The notes: generated by a model from the letters alone, not told the origin. A stretch of DNA of 64,000 nt from Candidatus Cloacimonadales bacterium (GCA_963663475.2 CAXXJV010000001.1:1344001-1408000); one strand, 5' to 3'; positions 9,310 to 19,795 are shown, numbered from the stretch's first letter. Numbers and translations: made by a program.

Positions 9310-11562
9310 ATGAAGAGATATATATTTTTATTCATGATATTAGTACTATTCCTTGGCGCTTCAGCAGAACTTGACTACAACTTATTATCTGAATTTGGTT
9401 TTGGTGGAGTTGCAAACGTGATGTACTCAAATAACAAAATTCTATGTGGGAATTCTTATGGATATATTATTTATGATATACAAGAAGATGGAACTCTGGA
9501 TAGTATTAGCAATGTTAGAGATAATTTTGAATGGATAGGGCAATATTCCTTTGAAAAAGTAATTGAATATAGTGGGGCTTTGTATTCTGATGACCCTATA
9601 AATTTTCCTAATTATTTTTCAATATATGATACGTCAGCACCTAACGAATTTTCTTTAATACATCAAACGCAAATTGATAGTGATAACATGCTATCAGCAG
9701 AAATGTTCGAACACTTTTTCATAAGGAAAACAGGCAATAATCAGTATACGATTTATGACCTTGAAAATTTTAGTACTATGAGTCAAGTTAATAATATTTC
9801 CTTACTCCCATCTACAAAATTTAAAGACTTAGGAGCAGTCCTGTTGGATTTATCTGATAACTGTTACTATTATTACGAGATTGATGACTTTGGTACTCTC
9901 CAAAAGAAATATAATATAGGTGCAGAAGAAAGAAAGATAGCAATAGATGGAGATAAGATGATCACTTATACTATAGGAGATATTAATTTCTACAATATCA
10001 CAGTCTCCGATGAATTAGAATTGATAGGTTCATTTTTTCTTCCAGAACCGATAAATGAAGGAAGCCAAATAGCTTATAAAGATGATATGGTTGCCTTTTC
10101 AATTGCCGAAGGAGTATATCCTAGAACATCAAGACTCTACCTATATGATGTTTCTCATGTTAGTTCAACCAACTCCATAGAGTTTCTTGATTGTGTTAAT
10201 TTGTCAAACAGACCTTATTCTCAATTCTGTTCAGCTGCTTCACTTGTACAAAGTGATAATGACTTTTATGTTTACACTTATGATTATTTACTGCACGCTT
10301 CTATAAGTAATGGGAATATATTTCTTGATGATGAGGGAACTCTTGCAACTGGTAGCCTTTCAACACAAGGAATAATTAAAAATAATCATCTATATACTCA
10401 ACATACATACAGAGACAACCATCTTAAAATATTTTCTCTTAGTGATTTGACAAATGTGCAAGAGATTAATCATGATTACCCGGATGCCAGTTTATATAGG
10501 TTCTTAGAAGAAAATGAAAAAGTAGTAAGATATGATGAACTGACTGGTGCTGTCTACCTGTATGATTTTAGTACAGATGAGATGATTTTGGAAGCTACTT
10601 ATGCCCCACAGCCTCCTTTCCCTCAAGATTGGTTTGAAGCACTTAAATGGGATGGGAACCATTTTATCTATCAATCCTTAGGCTCTATCTATTCTCTTGT
10701 TTATACAGATGGAGAGTTTACCCAAACGTGGTCTATTTCAAATTCTGATAATTATTTTTATAATTATAGTTATGGTATATATGAAAACTACTTATATGAA
10801 TATGAAAAAGGATTGGGAGTTGTTGTTTATGAATTTACACAAGATGGTATCAATCAGATAAATTACCTAACTATACCTTTTAATAGTGGGCAGGAAGCCT
10901 ATATAAAAGGTGATATTGTGAATATTGATAACAAAATTGTTGATCTTTCTGTTGATCCAATAAACCTTTCTCAGAGATATAATCTTAATCAGAATTTAAT
11001 ATTTGGTTACCCTAAAATATACAATGATTACTTGTTTTATTGTGGGAGAGAGAATGTGTATGATAATGGGACATTAGTTGCTATAGATGAGGGACTCTTT
11101 ATGTATAAGTTTGTAGATGATGCACTATCTAAGGTCGGAGTAATAGTAACAGGTAACTATATATCTAATGCCCAGGTTATCCCAGGGAGAACAGAGGATA
11201 GTTTTAATCTATTAGTATCTGAAAGCGGTCATTTCTCCATCTACTCCTGCCAAGCTACCCCCAACGGTAACCTAGATATCACACCTGTAATCTTTAATTC
11301 TTCTAACTATCCTAACCCCTTTAATCCCGAAACGACTATCTCTTATAACATCCCTAAGAAAGGTAATGTTACCGTCGATATTTATAACATTAAAGGACAG
11401 AAGGTCAAGTCTTTACTTAAAGAAGAGCAAGACGCAGGTAAACACTCCATCATTTGGAAGGGGAATAATGATAAGGGGCAGAAAGTTAGTTCAGGAACAT
11501 ATCTTTATAGGGTAAAAAGTGGAGATGAGGAAATTGTTAATAAAATGATGCTGGTGAAATAG
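9310..11562 (+). CDS. Large secreted protein with FlgD-Ig / T9SS-type C-terminal domain
   Basis: GAGG RBS; signal peptide; CTD. Confidence 0.9.
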   Translation: MKRYIFLFMILVLFLGASAELDYNLLSEFGFGGVANVMYSNNKILCGNSYGYIIYDIQEDGTLDSISNVRDNFEWIGQYSFEKVIEYSGALYSDDPINFPNYFSIYDTSAPNEFSLIHQTQIDSDNMLSAEMFEHFFIRKTGNNQYTIYDLENFSTMSQVNNISLLPSTKFKDLGAVLLDLSDNCYYYYEIDDFGTLQKKYNIGAEERKIAIDGDKMITYTIGDINFYNITVSDELELIGSFFLPEPINEGSQIAYKDDMVAFSIAEGVYPRTSRLYLYDVSHVSSTNSIEFLDCVNLSNRPYSQFCSAASLVQSDNDFYVYTYDYLLHASISNGNIFLDDEGTLATGSLSTQGIIKNNHLYTQHTYRDNHLKIFSLSDLTNVQEINHDYPDASLYRFLEENEKVVRYDELTGAVYLYDFSTDEMILEATYAPQPPFPQDWFEALKWDGNHFIYQSLGSIYSLVYTDGEFTQTWSISNSDNYFYNYSYGIYENYLYEYEKGLGVVVYEFTQDGINQINYLTIPFNSGQEAYIKGDIVNIDNKIVDLSVDPINLSQRYNLNQNLIFGYPKIYNDYLFYCGRENVYDNGTLVAIDEGLFMYKFVDDALSKVGVIVTGNYISNAQVIPGRTEDSFNLLVSESGHFSIYSCQATPNGNLDITPVIFNSSNYPNPFNPETTISYNIPKKGNVTVDIYNIKGQKVKSLLKEEQDAGKHSIIWKGNNDKGQKVSSGTYLYRVKSGDEEIVNKMMLVK

Positions 11563-11696
11563 GAGCATAGGTCAGGCAAGATCTACTGCATTATATGGGA
11601 TTATAGTCAGCTTTTAAAAGTAAGTCTAAGGAAAACTGTTGACATATTTCTACACTTTTTAAAATTCAACTAAAGATATATTTTGAGAGGATAATT

Positions 11697-13082
11697 GTGG
11701 CACATAGAGTCTTAATAGTTGAAGATAATAAATATTTATCAGCCCAGTATAAGATGGTATTAGAGAGACACGGCTATGAAATAAAAATAGTGTTCGATAG
11801 TGATGAACTGTTTGAAGAATATCCGACTTTTAATCCAGAAGTTATTGTAGTTAACATGATGCTTACCTACAGTGCATTAAATGGTATTCAGATTACCAGA
11901 GCTTTAGTATATGACTATAAAACGCAGGCCAAGTTAATTGCAATTTCTGCAGAAGCAAGTGCTTTAGAGCTTAAAGAAATTCGTAAGTTAGGTGTCTTTA
12001 CTTTTATTGAAAAAGGAGAGAATTTTAATCTTAATTATCTAATTGTTAATATTGAAAATGCTATCAAGTATTCTAAAAATGAAGATGAAAACAAGAATCT
12101 AATTCATCATAATAAAAATCTTAAGAAACAGATTCTTAGCAAAAATCCATTCTTAGGCCTCTGCAAGAAAGTTAGAAGTCTTAAAGAGGATGTTATCAAT
12201 GCAACTATAAAAGAACAATCCTTGCTAATATATGGTGCTCCAGGAACAGGAAGACACAACTTAGTTAATTACTATTATAACAATTCCACCCGTTTTGGAA
12301 TGCCTTTTCTACAGGTTAACTGCCGTCAGTTATCTAATGAAATTGATTATCAATTACGCCACAGTCATCTTGAGAAAAGTGAATTAATAAGTCGGAGATT
12401 AGCTGAACTGATAGAAGAGAATGAATCAGGGATAATTCATTTTGATGAACTAGCAAATTTAAGTAATGGTATTCAGTTATTGCTAGTTAAGTATATTGAA
12501 CAAGCTGAAGAATCAACTACTATCCCCATTTTTCTCTTCACAACATCATATACTTTGGGAAGACTTAAGGCTAGAAGAAGAATTAATAGTAAATTACGCG
12601 ATATTATGAAAGATAAATTTTTAACTATCCCTTCACTAAAGAGCAGGGGTAACGATCTAATTATTCTTTTTAAATACTTTATGGAAACTATGTGTGAGCA
12701 ATATTTCTTAGAATGTGCTATTGATTATGAAGAAATAAGTGGAATTCTTAAATCTTATAAGTGGCCAGGTAATGTAGTTGAATTAAAGAATTTCTGTAAA
12801 AATATTGCTTTAAAATATAAAAATGTTGATAATAAAGCTATCATCTCTTCTTTCAGGAAACTAACTATCAATAAAGATTGTAATGACTGCGGATTAGATC
12901 TCTATGATATGGATAATTTTAAAGAAGCTGTAATTACTTTTGAAAAGAATTATTTAACCCAGAAACTAAATCAACACAAGTGGAAAATGAGTGAAGTGTC
13001 AAGATCTATAAATATTGAAAGATCAACACTTTATAAGAAAATTAGCCAATTAAATATTGAAAGAGAAGATAACATTGACTAA
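11697..13082 (+). CDS. NtrC-like regulator (REC - degenerate AAA+ - Fis-type HTH)
   Basis: VLIVED receiver start; GAPGTGR; FDE; WPGNVVEL; RSTLYKK HTH. Confidence 0.85.
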   Translation: MAHRVLIVEDNKYLSAQYKMVLERHGYEIKIVFDSDELFEEYPTFNPEVIVVNMMLTYSALNGIQITRALVYDYKTQAKLIAISAEASALELKEIRKLGVFTFIEKGENFNLNYLIVNIENAIKYSKNEDENKNLIHHNKNLKKQILSKNPFLGLCKKVRSLKEDVINATIKEQSLLIYGAPGTGRHNLVNYYYNNSTRFGMPFLQVNCRQLSNEIDYQLRHSHLEKSELISRRLAELIEENESGIIHFDELANLSNGIQLLLVKYIEQAEESTTIPIFLFTTSYTLGRLKARRRINSKLRDIMKDKFLTIPSLKSRGNDLIILFKYFMETMCEQYFLECAIDYEEISGILKSYKWPGNVVELKNFCKNIALKYKNVDNKAIISSFRKLTINKDCNDCGLDLYDMDNFKEAVITFEKNYLTQKLNQHKWKMSEVSRSINIERSTLYKKISQLNIEREDNID

Positions 13083-14091
13083 AAAATATATTCTTGCTTT
13101 TGAAACTTCCTGTGATGATACTTCTGTTTCTCTTATAGATACAGATTATCATGTCTATACAAACCTGATATCATCACAGCTTGAACATAATAAATACGGT
13201 GGTGTTGTTCCTGAAATTGCTTCTAGATTGCATATGAAGACTATAATGAAATTAACTCAGATTGCTTTAGAGGAAGCTAATCTAAGCTTAAAAGATATCT
13301 CAGCAATAGCTGTTTCAGTAAATCCAGGACTAATCGGCTCTCTCTTAGTAGGTCTATCTTTTGCTAAAAGTTTAGCCTACTCCCTTAATATCCCTCTAAT
13401 AACTGTTAATCATATGTTAGGACATATAGCTGCAAATCTGATTGAACATCCCAACTTAACTGCTCCTTATCTTGCTTTAGTTGTCTCGGGAGGACATACT
13501 GAATTAGTTCATTTTATTACTGAACAAGACTTTAAAATAGTTGGTCAAACAAGAGATGATGCTGCAGGAGAAGCCTTTGATAAAAGTGCTAAACTCTTAG
13601 GATTAGGTTACCCTGGAGGACCTATAATCGATAAATTGGCTCAAAAAGGTAATGAGAACTTTCATGATTTTCCCCTAGGTCTAAATAGAAAAAATAACTA
13701 TGATTTCTCTTTTTCTGGCTTAAAAACCTCTGTATCTACTTATGTAAAAAGTCAAACTCAAGACTTTATCAATGAGAATAAAGAGAATATATGTGCTTCA
13801 CTTCAGAAAGCTATCGTGTCTATTCTGGTAAAGAAGACTATCAATTATGCCAAGCAGGAAAAGATAAAAAAAATTATTATTGCTGGGGGAGTCTCTGCCA
13901 ACAAAGGACTTAGAAACAATATGCAGAAACAAGCTAATAAGATTAAAGCTAGTCTTTATGTACCAAAACTTGAGTATTGTATGGACAATGCTGCAATGAT
14001 AGGGGCTGCTGCGGTTAAAAAGTTCTTAAATAAAGAATATTCTGACCTAAAAGTTAATGCTTTTTCTACTAAGGGAGTTAGGTACTTATAA
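13075..14091 (+). CDS. tsaD: tRNA N6-adenosine threonylcarbamoyltransferase
   Basis: ETSCDDT, GGVVPEIASRLH, HMLGH, VSGGHT, DDAAGEAFDK, DNAAMI motifs; TTG start inferred. Confidence 0.97.
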   Translation: MTKKYILAFETSCDDTSVSLIDTDYHVYTNLISSQLEHNKYGGVVPEIASRLHMKTIMKLTQIALEEANLSLKDISAIAVSVNPGLIGSLLVGLSFAKSLAYSLNIPLITVNHMLGHIAANLIEHPNLTAPYLALVVSGGHTELVHFITEQDFKIVGQTRDDAAGEAFDKSAKLLGLGYPGGPIIDKLAQKGNENFHDFPLGLNRKNNYDFSFSGLKTSVSTYVKSQTQDFINENKENICASLQKAIVSILVKKTINYAKQEKIKKIIIAGGVSANKGLRNNMQKQANKIKASLYVPKLEYCMDNAAMIGAAAVKKFLNKEYSDLKVNAFSTKGVRYL

Positions 14092-14118
14092 GAGAAATTA
14101 CGAGAAACTTCTTAACTC

Positions 14119-17100
14119 TTAGTATATATCCAATACCTTAATAAGTGTCTTTGTTCCTATAATATATAATACTTCTTCCTTTTTAGCATTCATTATTGTT
14201 TTTGCTAAAGGACTATCAAAACTAATCTTAATAATACTATCATGAATACTTGTTTCAGATATTTTTCTAACAATCCGATATTCAAATATTTGTTGGTTAT
14301 CTAAATAGAGTATTCTAAAACGTTTACTCAACAGAACATTAGTTTGTTTGGTCAACTGTATATAGTCTTCCTCTATTTGATTTATGCTCTCTTCAAGCGG
14401 AGTAATCGCTTGATCTTGGTCCATATAAAACTCATAATCCTTAATCTGAATATATATCCATCCACACCTTCTAAGAACTCTTGCTTGTTTGACATTTTTC
14501 ACAATTATGTCTTTCTGCTGAACTTCTGATAAATGATAGTCTTGGCTAGTCAAATCAAAACAATCAATAGCGATTTTACTACCTCCAGATGTAACAGCAA
14601 CTAAATCAATTATGTATTTATCTTTTACTACAGAATATTTTGGTATGGCAGGAATAGAATTCTGTACAAGTAAGTTATAAACTTCAGTTTCAAACCAAGA
14701 TGAAAATGGTAAAGGACTTGCTCCAGTTCCATAATTTATTACAGGATCTTTTCTTGTATGATTTTTACTTTGATAATTCATTATATGATGTAATATTAAA
14801 TATCTTTGATCTTCTTGATTAAGCAAGTCTTTTAACTCTACTGAATGGAAAATCCATAGTTGCTCTTTTGCTCGAGAACCAGCAACATTAAATCTTCTTT
14901 TATCTTGGTTTTTAGTTAAAGCACTTCGCCTATGATTTGGGGCTGTTACTAAACTTAACATTATTACATCTCTTTCATCACCTTGGAAAGATGCTGAGTT
15001 GCCACATACAATCTTTCTATTAATAATTTCGTCTTCAGGAATGAATTGGAGTAGCAACTGCTCAATTTTCTCTGCTTGGCTAGTTCCTTGTAAGACAATT
15101 ACTCCAAAAGTTTTTTTCTGGTATTCATCTAACTTTATTAAACTAGCTATTTTATTTACAATAGCTTGTGCTTCTACATCATTGTGGATATTGGTTTTAT
15201 CTCCTTCCACAAAAGCGTTAGGACAATAATGGCTTTCTAAGGGACTTAATCTTTTCTCAGAAAACTGCTTGAGAGGGTATAGGGTTTGATCGTCAGGTCT
15301 ATAATAATTACTATTACTAAACTCAATAATTTCTGGCATACACCTAAAATGTTCTCTTAATGAAACACTAGCAGGACAGTATATTTTACCAATATCAAAA
15401 AGACTGTTGCCTATGTTGAAATTTTCTCTATGCAAATCATTAGCAAGTAATCTATTAAGATCTTCATCCATTGAGTTAGTATTAACTCCAACATATTCTG
15501 GAGATGTTTGCTTATCATCACCAACTATAACAATTTTTTTAGCAATATAAAAGAGAAATAGTGCTTCTGGTCCTAATTGGCTAGCTTCATCAATAATAAT
15601 AATATCAAACATATTATGATGTGGGTTAATTGTCTCAGCAACTTTATAAAGTGGCATTATCCAGCATGGTACTACTTCTTTACACTTTTCCATTTTCTCT
15701 CTGGCAATAGAACTATATCTTTTATAGCTCTGGCTTTTAGGTGATTTGCCCATTTTCTCTATAGATGCTACCCAATCTTTGATAGAAATACTTAACTCTC
15801 TATCATTGCGTAGTTTATTAATGATATTAGCCCATGACTTCTGATTAATCAAGGACTTTGTAATATCTTTCTTTCTAATTTCTGCTCTCTTAATATCCTC
15901 TTTAAGCCTGTTATTTTGCACATTATTGTCTGCAATTAAATCAGCTAACTTAACTTGCGCTTCTGTTAATATAAATGCTTTAGATAATTGCTTAATATGA
16001 TTTATTGTGATATTCTCAGAAAAAATATCATCGATAAGATGGGGAAGATATTCTCTCAATGCATCTGCTTCTTGCAAGAATGCTTGATATTCCTCTTGTA
16101 GTAAAGCTAGTTGCCTAAGTTTCTTCAATGAAGTATCATATAATTGGATATCATTAGTTCTAAGAGAATCAATCAAGTCTTGTTTAACTATATGCAATTG
16201 GTTAGCAGACAAATACTCGATTGCTGAATCAGTTTTCTCGTTAATTCTCTGCAACTTATTTGCTAAAGAGAGATAATTAATATCTTTCATGAAAGAATTA
16301 ATATCTTCAGTATTAAGTTGCAAACTCGGCACTCCATTAGTCTTATAGATTTCAAACAAGAGTCTTTTTATCTCGGTGAAACTATTTTTTATTTCAATGG
16401 TTTTTTCTAAGTGATTTTTTAGAAATTGGATTTTATAAGCAATATTTAAATTTTCTATATTGCTGGGATTTATTCCCCAAATCTTTAAGATATTACTAAT
16501 TGAAATTTTAATTGATAAGTATTTCTTAAAAACCACTAAATCATTACTGTATGTACAGGGGCGATTATTAATGTTAAAGGAATCAATAGTTTTTAAAACA
16601 CTCTTGATATATTTTGGAAAGAAAGGTCTTTGTAACTTAAAAAATAAACTTCTTAGATTAGTATCTTGCTTAAAATATTCTAAAAGAATACTTGCATTTG
16701 CTTCAATTCTCTCATTATTGAAGATTTTTAACTCTTGAATAGATTTCTTCTCTTTCTGGAAATAATTTTGATTAGTTTGGATATCTTCTAGGATATCTTT
16801 GGTATTTCTAATCCTCTCTTCAAGTTGGTTTAAACTGTTGCTGTTAAAAAAGTTTAATATTTCTTCTTTATAATCAAAGTTTATACTAGTGTAGACTTGG
16901 AAGGACTTCTGTAGAGAGCAAGCAAGGTTATATAAATTCTCGATTTTTTCAGACTCAACTGTCCAACTAATCTCATAATTCTCATAATCATTTTTTAACT
17001 GATTTTTAATACTATGATATTTCTTAAGTTCTTCAAGGGGTATGATTAAAGACTCATTAGGAAGCTCATCTAAAAGATCATCTTGAGGGAGAATAATAAA

Positions 17101-18801
17101 TTCTTGATTTTTATTAAAGAAAACCTTAGTTCTCTTTAAGATATTTTGCTTATCATTATTATCATAATCATGGTAAGTGTCTTTATACCAGCTAAAGATT
17201 TGTCTTTCATCCCTTATTCTTTTAGCTATTTCAGAAATCTTACCTCTATATTGAAAATTCAAATTTTGATCTAAGTAGATTATTCTTTGTAGATCATAGT
17301 AGTCTTCATAAGATTTCTCAAGTAATTCTTGGTTACTTTCTAAGACTTTTTCATTTTTTTTAATTTGTTTTTTCAAAGAACTCAAATTTTCTTTTTCAGT
17401 TTTATCTATTATCAGATTTATACTTTTGGTTAAATCTGCCTTTGATTGGGTATCGTTATTTAAATAAGAGACTGTTAATTCTCTAATCTCTTCTGGAATT
17501 TTATCTTTAAGTACTTCCAGTGCTCTCTGAGTATAAGCTGTTACTAGTATTTTTTTGTTAGTCGCTAAATAATGAGATATAAGGTTAGAGATTGTATGAG
17601 ACTTACCTGTACCTGGAGGACCTTTTACTAAGACTGCTTGGTGGTCTTTGATTTTATATAAAATATTTTCTTGCTCATCATTATAATCTTTGGGGAAATA
17701 AATAGGATCAACACTGTATTCTTCTTCAGGAGAAGGTTCTTTGCGAGAATTTTTAGAAGTTAAGATATTAAAATTTTCTGGAGTTTGAGCACATAAGTCA
17801 ACTTGATCAATTATTTTTTGGTATAGATTTATCAGGTTACGAGTATTATTTCTTCTGAAGATGATAGCTGGGCTGTAAGTTAATAAAGGGAGGTGATTAT
17901 CTTCTCTCTTACTTTTACTTGTAATAGATTGAAATAATCCGTCAGGGTGTAGTTGCGAGATGAATTCTCCCAATTTATTTTCTTCTAATGTAGTTAAATC
18001 ATTGATGTATTCTTCATCTTGTTGAGGTTGAAAAAAAGTAGTTAACTTATTTGAAACTTCTGAAAGCTTATGAGAATCAAACAAGTCACTATAATGTCTG
18101 ATGAAGTCTGTTTCTACTTGGGGCAGCTCCTCATTATTTACCTGAATTATAATTTCTGAATGATTATTTATAAAGCTATGGGATATGTTTATCTGCTGGG
18201 TTAAGATATGTCTGTAAATTTGAACTTGAGGATTTCTAAAATTAAATAAGCCAATTGCCAAAATTAATTGATATTCCTCTGGAAATTTTTCTCTTTTGTT
18301 GGCTATCGTGAATAACTTACGGTATATTTGCTGACTTCTTGTGTAAATTTCATGTTTAGTTTTATAGTTTGCTAAAGCTACTTCATATTTCTCTTTTTCT
18401 TCTTTAAAAGTAGTATCAATATATTTGGTATAGATGTCTAAGATATTGGGCATATTTTCTAGCGAAATTTCTTTGCCATTTTCCCTTATTGACCTATTTA
18501 AATCCACAGAAATACTAGTATCTGTTTCATGAATAATTGCCCACTTACTGAGTTCCGTTGAAGTAATAATGAAAGATGGTTTTATAGGTTCTTCAGGTTT
18601 TTTTATTTTTAATAAATAATCATGTTTATTATTATCTTGAGAAAAAATATGTGAAATGAACTTGTTATTAGGAATTTCAGAAAACCAGATAATTTCTTCA
18701 TATTGACTCTTATTAGATTCAATATCAGCTACAGGAATGTATCTAAGTTGGGAAAAGTTTTTTAAATATTCAAGGAAATCCAGTAGAGTTTTCTTATTCA
18801 T
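14119..18801 (-). CDS. Large SF1 (DNA2/NAM7-like) helicase with C-terminal Vsr/restriction-fold-like and GreA/GreB-C-like domains
   Basis: GPPGTGKS, DEASQ, VGDDKQ, LREHFRC, FQGDERD, RFNVAGSRAK; FSSWFETEV...IDL...IAIDC; ISFDSPLAKTIMNAK. Confidence 0.88.
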   Translation of the reverse strand: MNKKTLLDFLEYLKNFSQLRYIPVADIESNKSQYEEIIWFSEIPNNKFISHIFSQDNNKHDYLLKIKKPEEPIKPSFIITSTELSKWAIIHETDTSISVDLNRSIRENGKEISLENMPNILDIYTKYIDTTFKEEKEKYEVALANYKTKHEIYTRSQQIYRKLFTIANKREKFPEEYQLILAIGLFNFRNPQVQIYRHILTQQINISHSFINNHSEIIIQVNNEELPQVETDFIRHYSDLFDSHKLSEVSNKLTTFFQPQQDEEYINDLTTLEENKLGEFISQLHPDGLFQSITSKSKREDNHLPLLTYSPAIIFRRNNTRNLINLYQKIIDQVDLCAQTPENFNILTSKNSRKEPSPEEEYSVDPIYFPKDYNDEQENILYKIKDHQAVLVKGPPGTGKSHTISNLISHYLATNKKILVTAYTQRALEVLKDKIPEEIRELTVSYLNNDTQSKADLTKSINLIIDKTEKENLSSLKKQIKKNEKVLESNQELLEKSYEDYYDLQRIIYLDQNLNFQYRGKISEIAKRIRDERQIFSWYKDTYHDYDNNDKQNILKRTKVFFNKNQEFIILPQDDLLDELPNESLIIPLEELKKYHSIKNQLKNDYENYEISWTVESEKIENLYNLACSLQKSFQVYTSINFDYKEEILNFFNSNSLNQLEERIRNTKDILEDIQTNQNYFQKEKKSIQELKIFNNERIEANASILLEYFKQDTNLRSLFFKLQRPFFPKYIKSVLKTIDSFNINNRPCTYSNDLVVFKKYLSIKISISNILKIWGINPSNIENLNIAYKIQFLKNHLEKTIEIKNSFTEIKRLLFEIYKTNGVPSLQLNTEDINSFMKDINYLSLANKLQRINEKTDSAIEYLSANQLHIVKQDLIDSLRTNDIQLYDTSLKKLRQLALLQEEYQAFLQEADALREYLPHLIDDIFSENITINHIKQLSKAFILTEAQVKLADLIADNNVQNNRLKEDIKRAEIRKKDITKSLINQKSWANIINKLRNDRELSISIKDWVASIEKMGKSPKSQSYKRYSSIAREKMEKCKEVVPCWIMPLYKVAETINPHHNMFDIIIIDEASQLGPEALFLFYIAKKIVIVGDDKQTSPEYVGVNTNSMDEDLNRLLANDLHRENFNIGNSLFDIGKIYCPASVSLREHFRCMPEIIEFSNSNYYRPDDQTLYPLKQFSEKRLSPLESHYCPNAFVEGDKTNIHNDVEAQAIVNKIASLIKLDEYQKKTFGVIVLQGTSQAEKIEQLLLQFIPEDEIINRKIVCGNSASFQGDERDVIMLSLVTAPNHRRSALTKNQDKRRFNVAGSRAKEQLWIFHSVELKDLLNQEDQRYLILHHIMNYQSKNHTRKDPVINYGTGASPLPFSSWFETEVYNLLVQNSIPAIPKYSVVKDKYIIDLVAVTSGGSKIAIDCFDLTSQDYHLSEVQQKDIIVKNVKQARVLRRCGWIYIQIKDYEFYMDQDQAITPLEESINQIEEDYIQLTKQTNVLLSKRFRILYLDNQQIFEYRIVRKISETSIHDSIIKISFDSPLAKTIMNAKKEEVLYIIGTKTLIKVLDIY

Positions 18802-18916
18802 TTAACCTCCAAGATGTTTGTTAAGAAAACAATAATCATGATGCACATAAAATAAATAATGTAATAGTAAATTGAGAAAGATAATATGTTCAAAACTATT
18901 GCATAATTATCATTAA

Positions 18917-19034
18917 TATGCACTTTGAAATTAAATTGCAGTGAATGAGAAATTATTTTGCAGTTTAGTCAAAAGTACACTGTTGAGAAATTATTTTGCA
19001 GTTTAGTTCTAAGATTTAGAAATTAAATTGCAGT
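18917..19034 (+). repeat. Left end: 53-bp TIR (18917-18969) with four GAAATTAWWTTGCAGT motifs
   Basis: Motifs at 18927, 18949, 18987, 19019; putative transposase-binding sites. Confidence 0.92.
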
Positions 19035-19043
19035 TTAGTTTAT

Positions 19044-19502
19044 TCAAAAGTTATTTTTTTGTAGTTTAATAATCAAATCTTTACACTCTAAAAGTTCTCT
19101 TAACCTGGTAAATAATTCTTGATTAAGTTCTTGATTTTTGTTTGAAAGGATAGAGCATTCTTTTTCAGACTGATCAATGCTTTTTTTTAAGTCATTACAA
19201 ACCTTTTCCAGCTGATCATAACGTTTTCTTAAGTTAATTAACTCACTATTATCTATCCTCTTCTCCTGGGACTCTTTATTATCCGATAAAAACATCTCTC
19301 CCTTACCTGTTAATAACCAGTTTAAATTAACATCATATTTTTCAGATATTCGTATTATGGCATCCATGGAAGGGTTAGCTTTTCGATTTTTACTAAGCCA
19401 ATCGGAAATATTTCCTGGAGAAACATTAATAGATAAAGCAAAAGTCTTTTTATTGATATTCAATAAGTTAATCAGTTCTACAATTCGTTCTGCAACTTCC
19501 AT
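19044..19502 (-). CDS. Phage CI-like repressor (XRE HTH + coiled coil)
   Basis: HTH then VNLNWLLTGKGEMF; divergent from Cro-like gene at the left end. Confidence 0.88.
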   Translation of the reverse strand: MEVAERIVELINLLNINKKTFALSINVSPGNISDWLSKNRKANPSMDAIIRISEKYDVNLNWLLTGKGEMFLSDNKESQEKRIDNSELINLRKRYDQLEKVCNDLKKSIDQSEKECSILSNKNQELNQELFTRLRELLECKDLIIKLQKNNF

Positions 19503-19525
19503 AATACCTCTTTTATTTCAAATAG

Positions 19526-19565
19526 TCGAAATAAATCTTGACATGATTTCGAATATTCATATTAT
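19526..19565 (+). promoter_or_regulatory. Early promoter with overlapping operator-like inverted repeat
   Basis: TTGACA at 19538, TATTAT at 19560; TCGAAAT-N13-ATTTCGA brackets the -35. Confidence 0.55.
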
Positions 19566-19600
19566 TAGTTCTAAGTTAGAATAAATAAGAGGTTCTGTCA

Positions 19601-19795
19601 ATGAAAAAAGATGAAAAAACGAAAGTTGCCGAACAAATGCGAATATATCGGGCAATAAATCGACTATCTCAAGAGAAGCTAGGAGAACTTTGTGGATTAT
19701 CTCAAAGAACCATATCATTGATAGAGAGTGGTGAATTCAATCGCGTATCAGCAGATACATTTAATAAGGTAGCAGAATATGTGGTTAACCACTGA
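19601..19795 (+). CDS. Cro/Ner-like XRE HTH regulator
   Basis: LSQEKLGELCGLSQRTISLIESG; GAGG RBS. Confidence 0.88.
   Translation: MKKDEKTKVAEQMRIYRAINRLSQEKLGELCGLSQRTISLIESGEFNRVSADTFNKVAEYVVNH

Noticed and set aside
1-11562. Diversity-generating retroelement or integron explanation for the array
   Set aside because: No reverse transcriptase or integrase, no adenine-specific TR/VR pattern, no attC-like sites recognised
14344-16738. Short plus-strand ORFs inside the helicase (and similar shadows in portal, capsid, TMP, etfA, istA)
   Set aside because: Antisense shadows of long, motif-bearing genes without their own RBS
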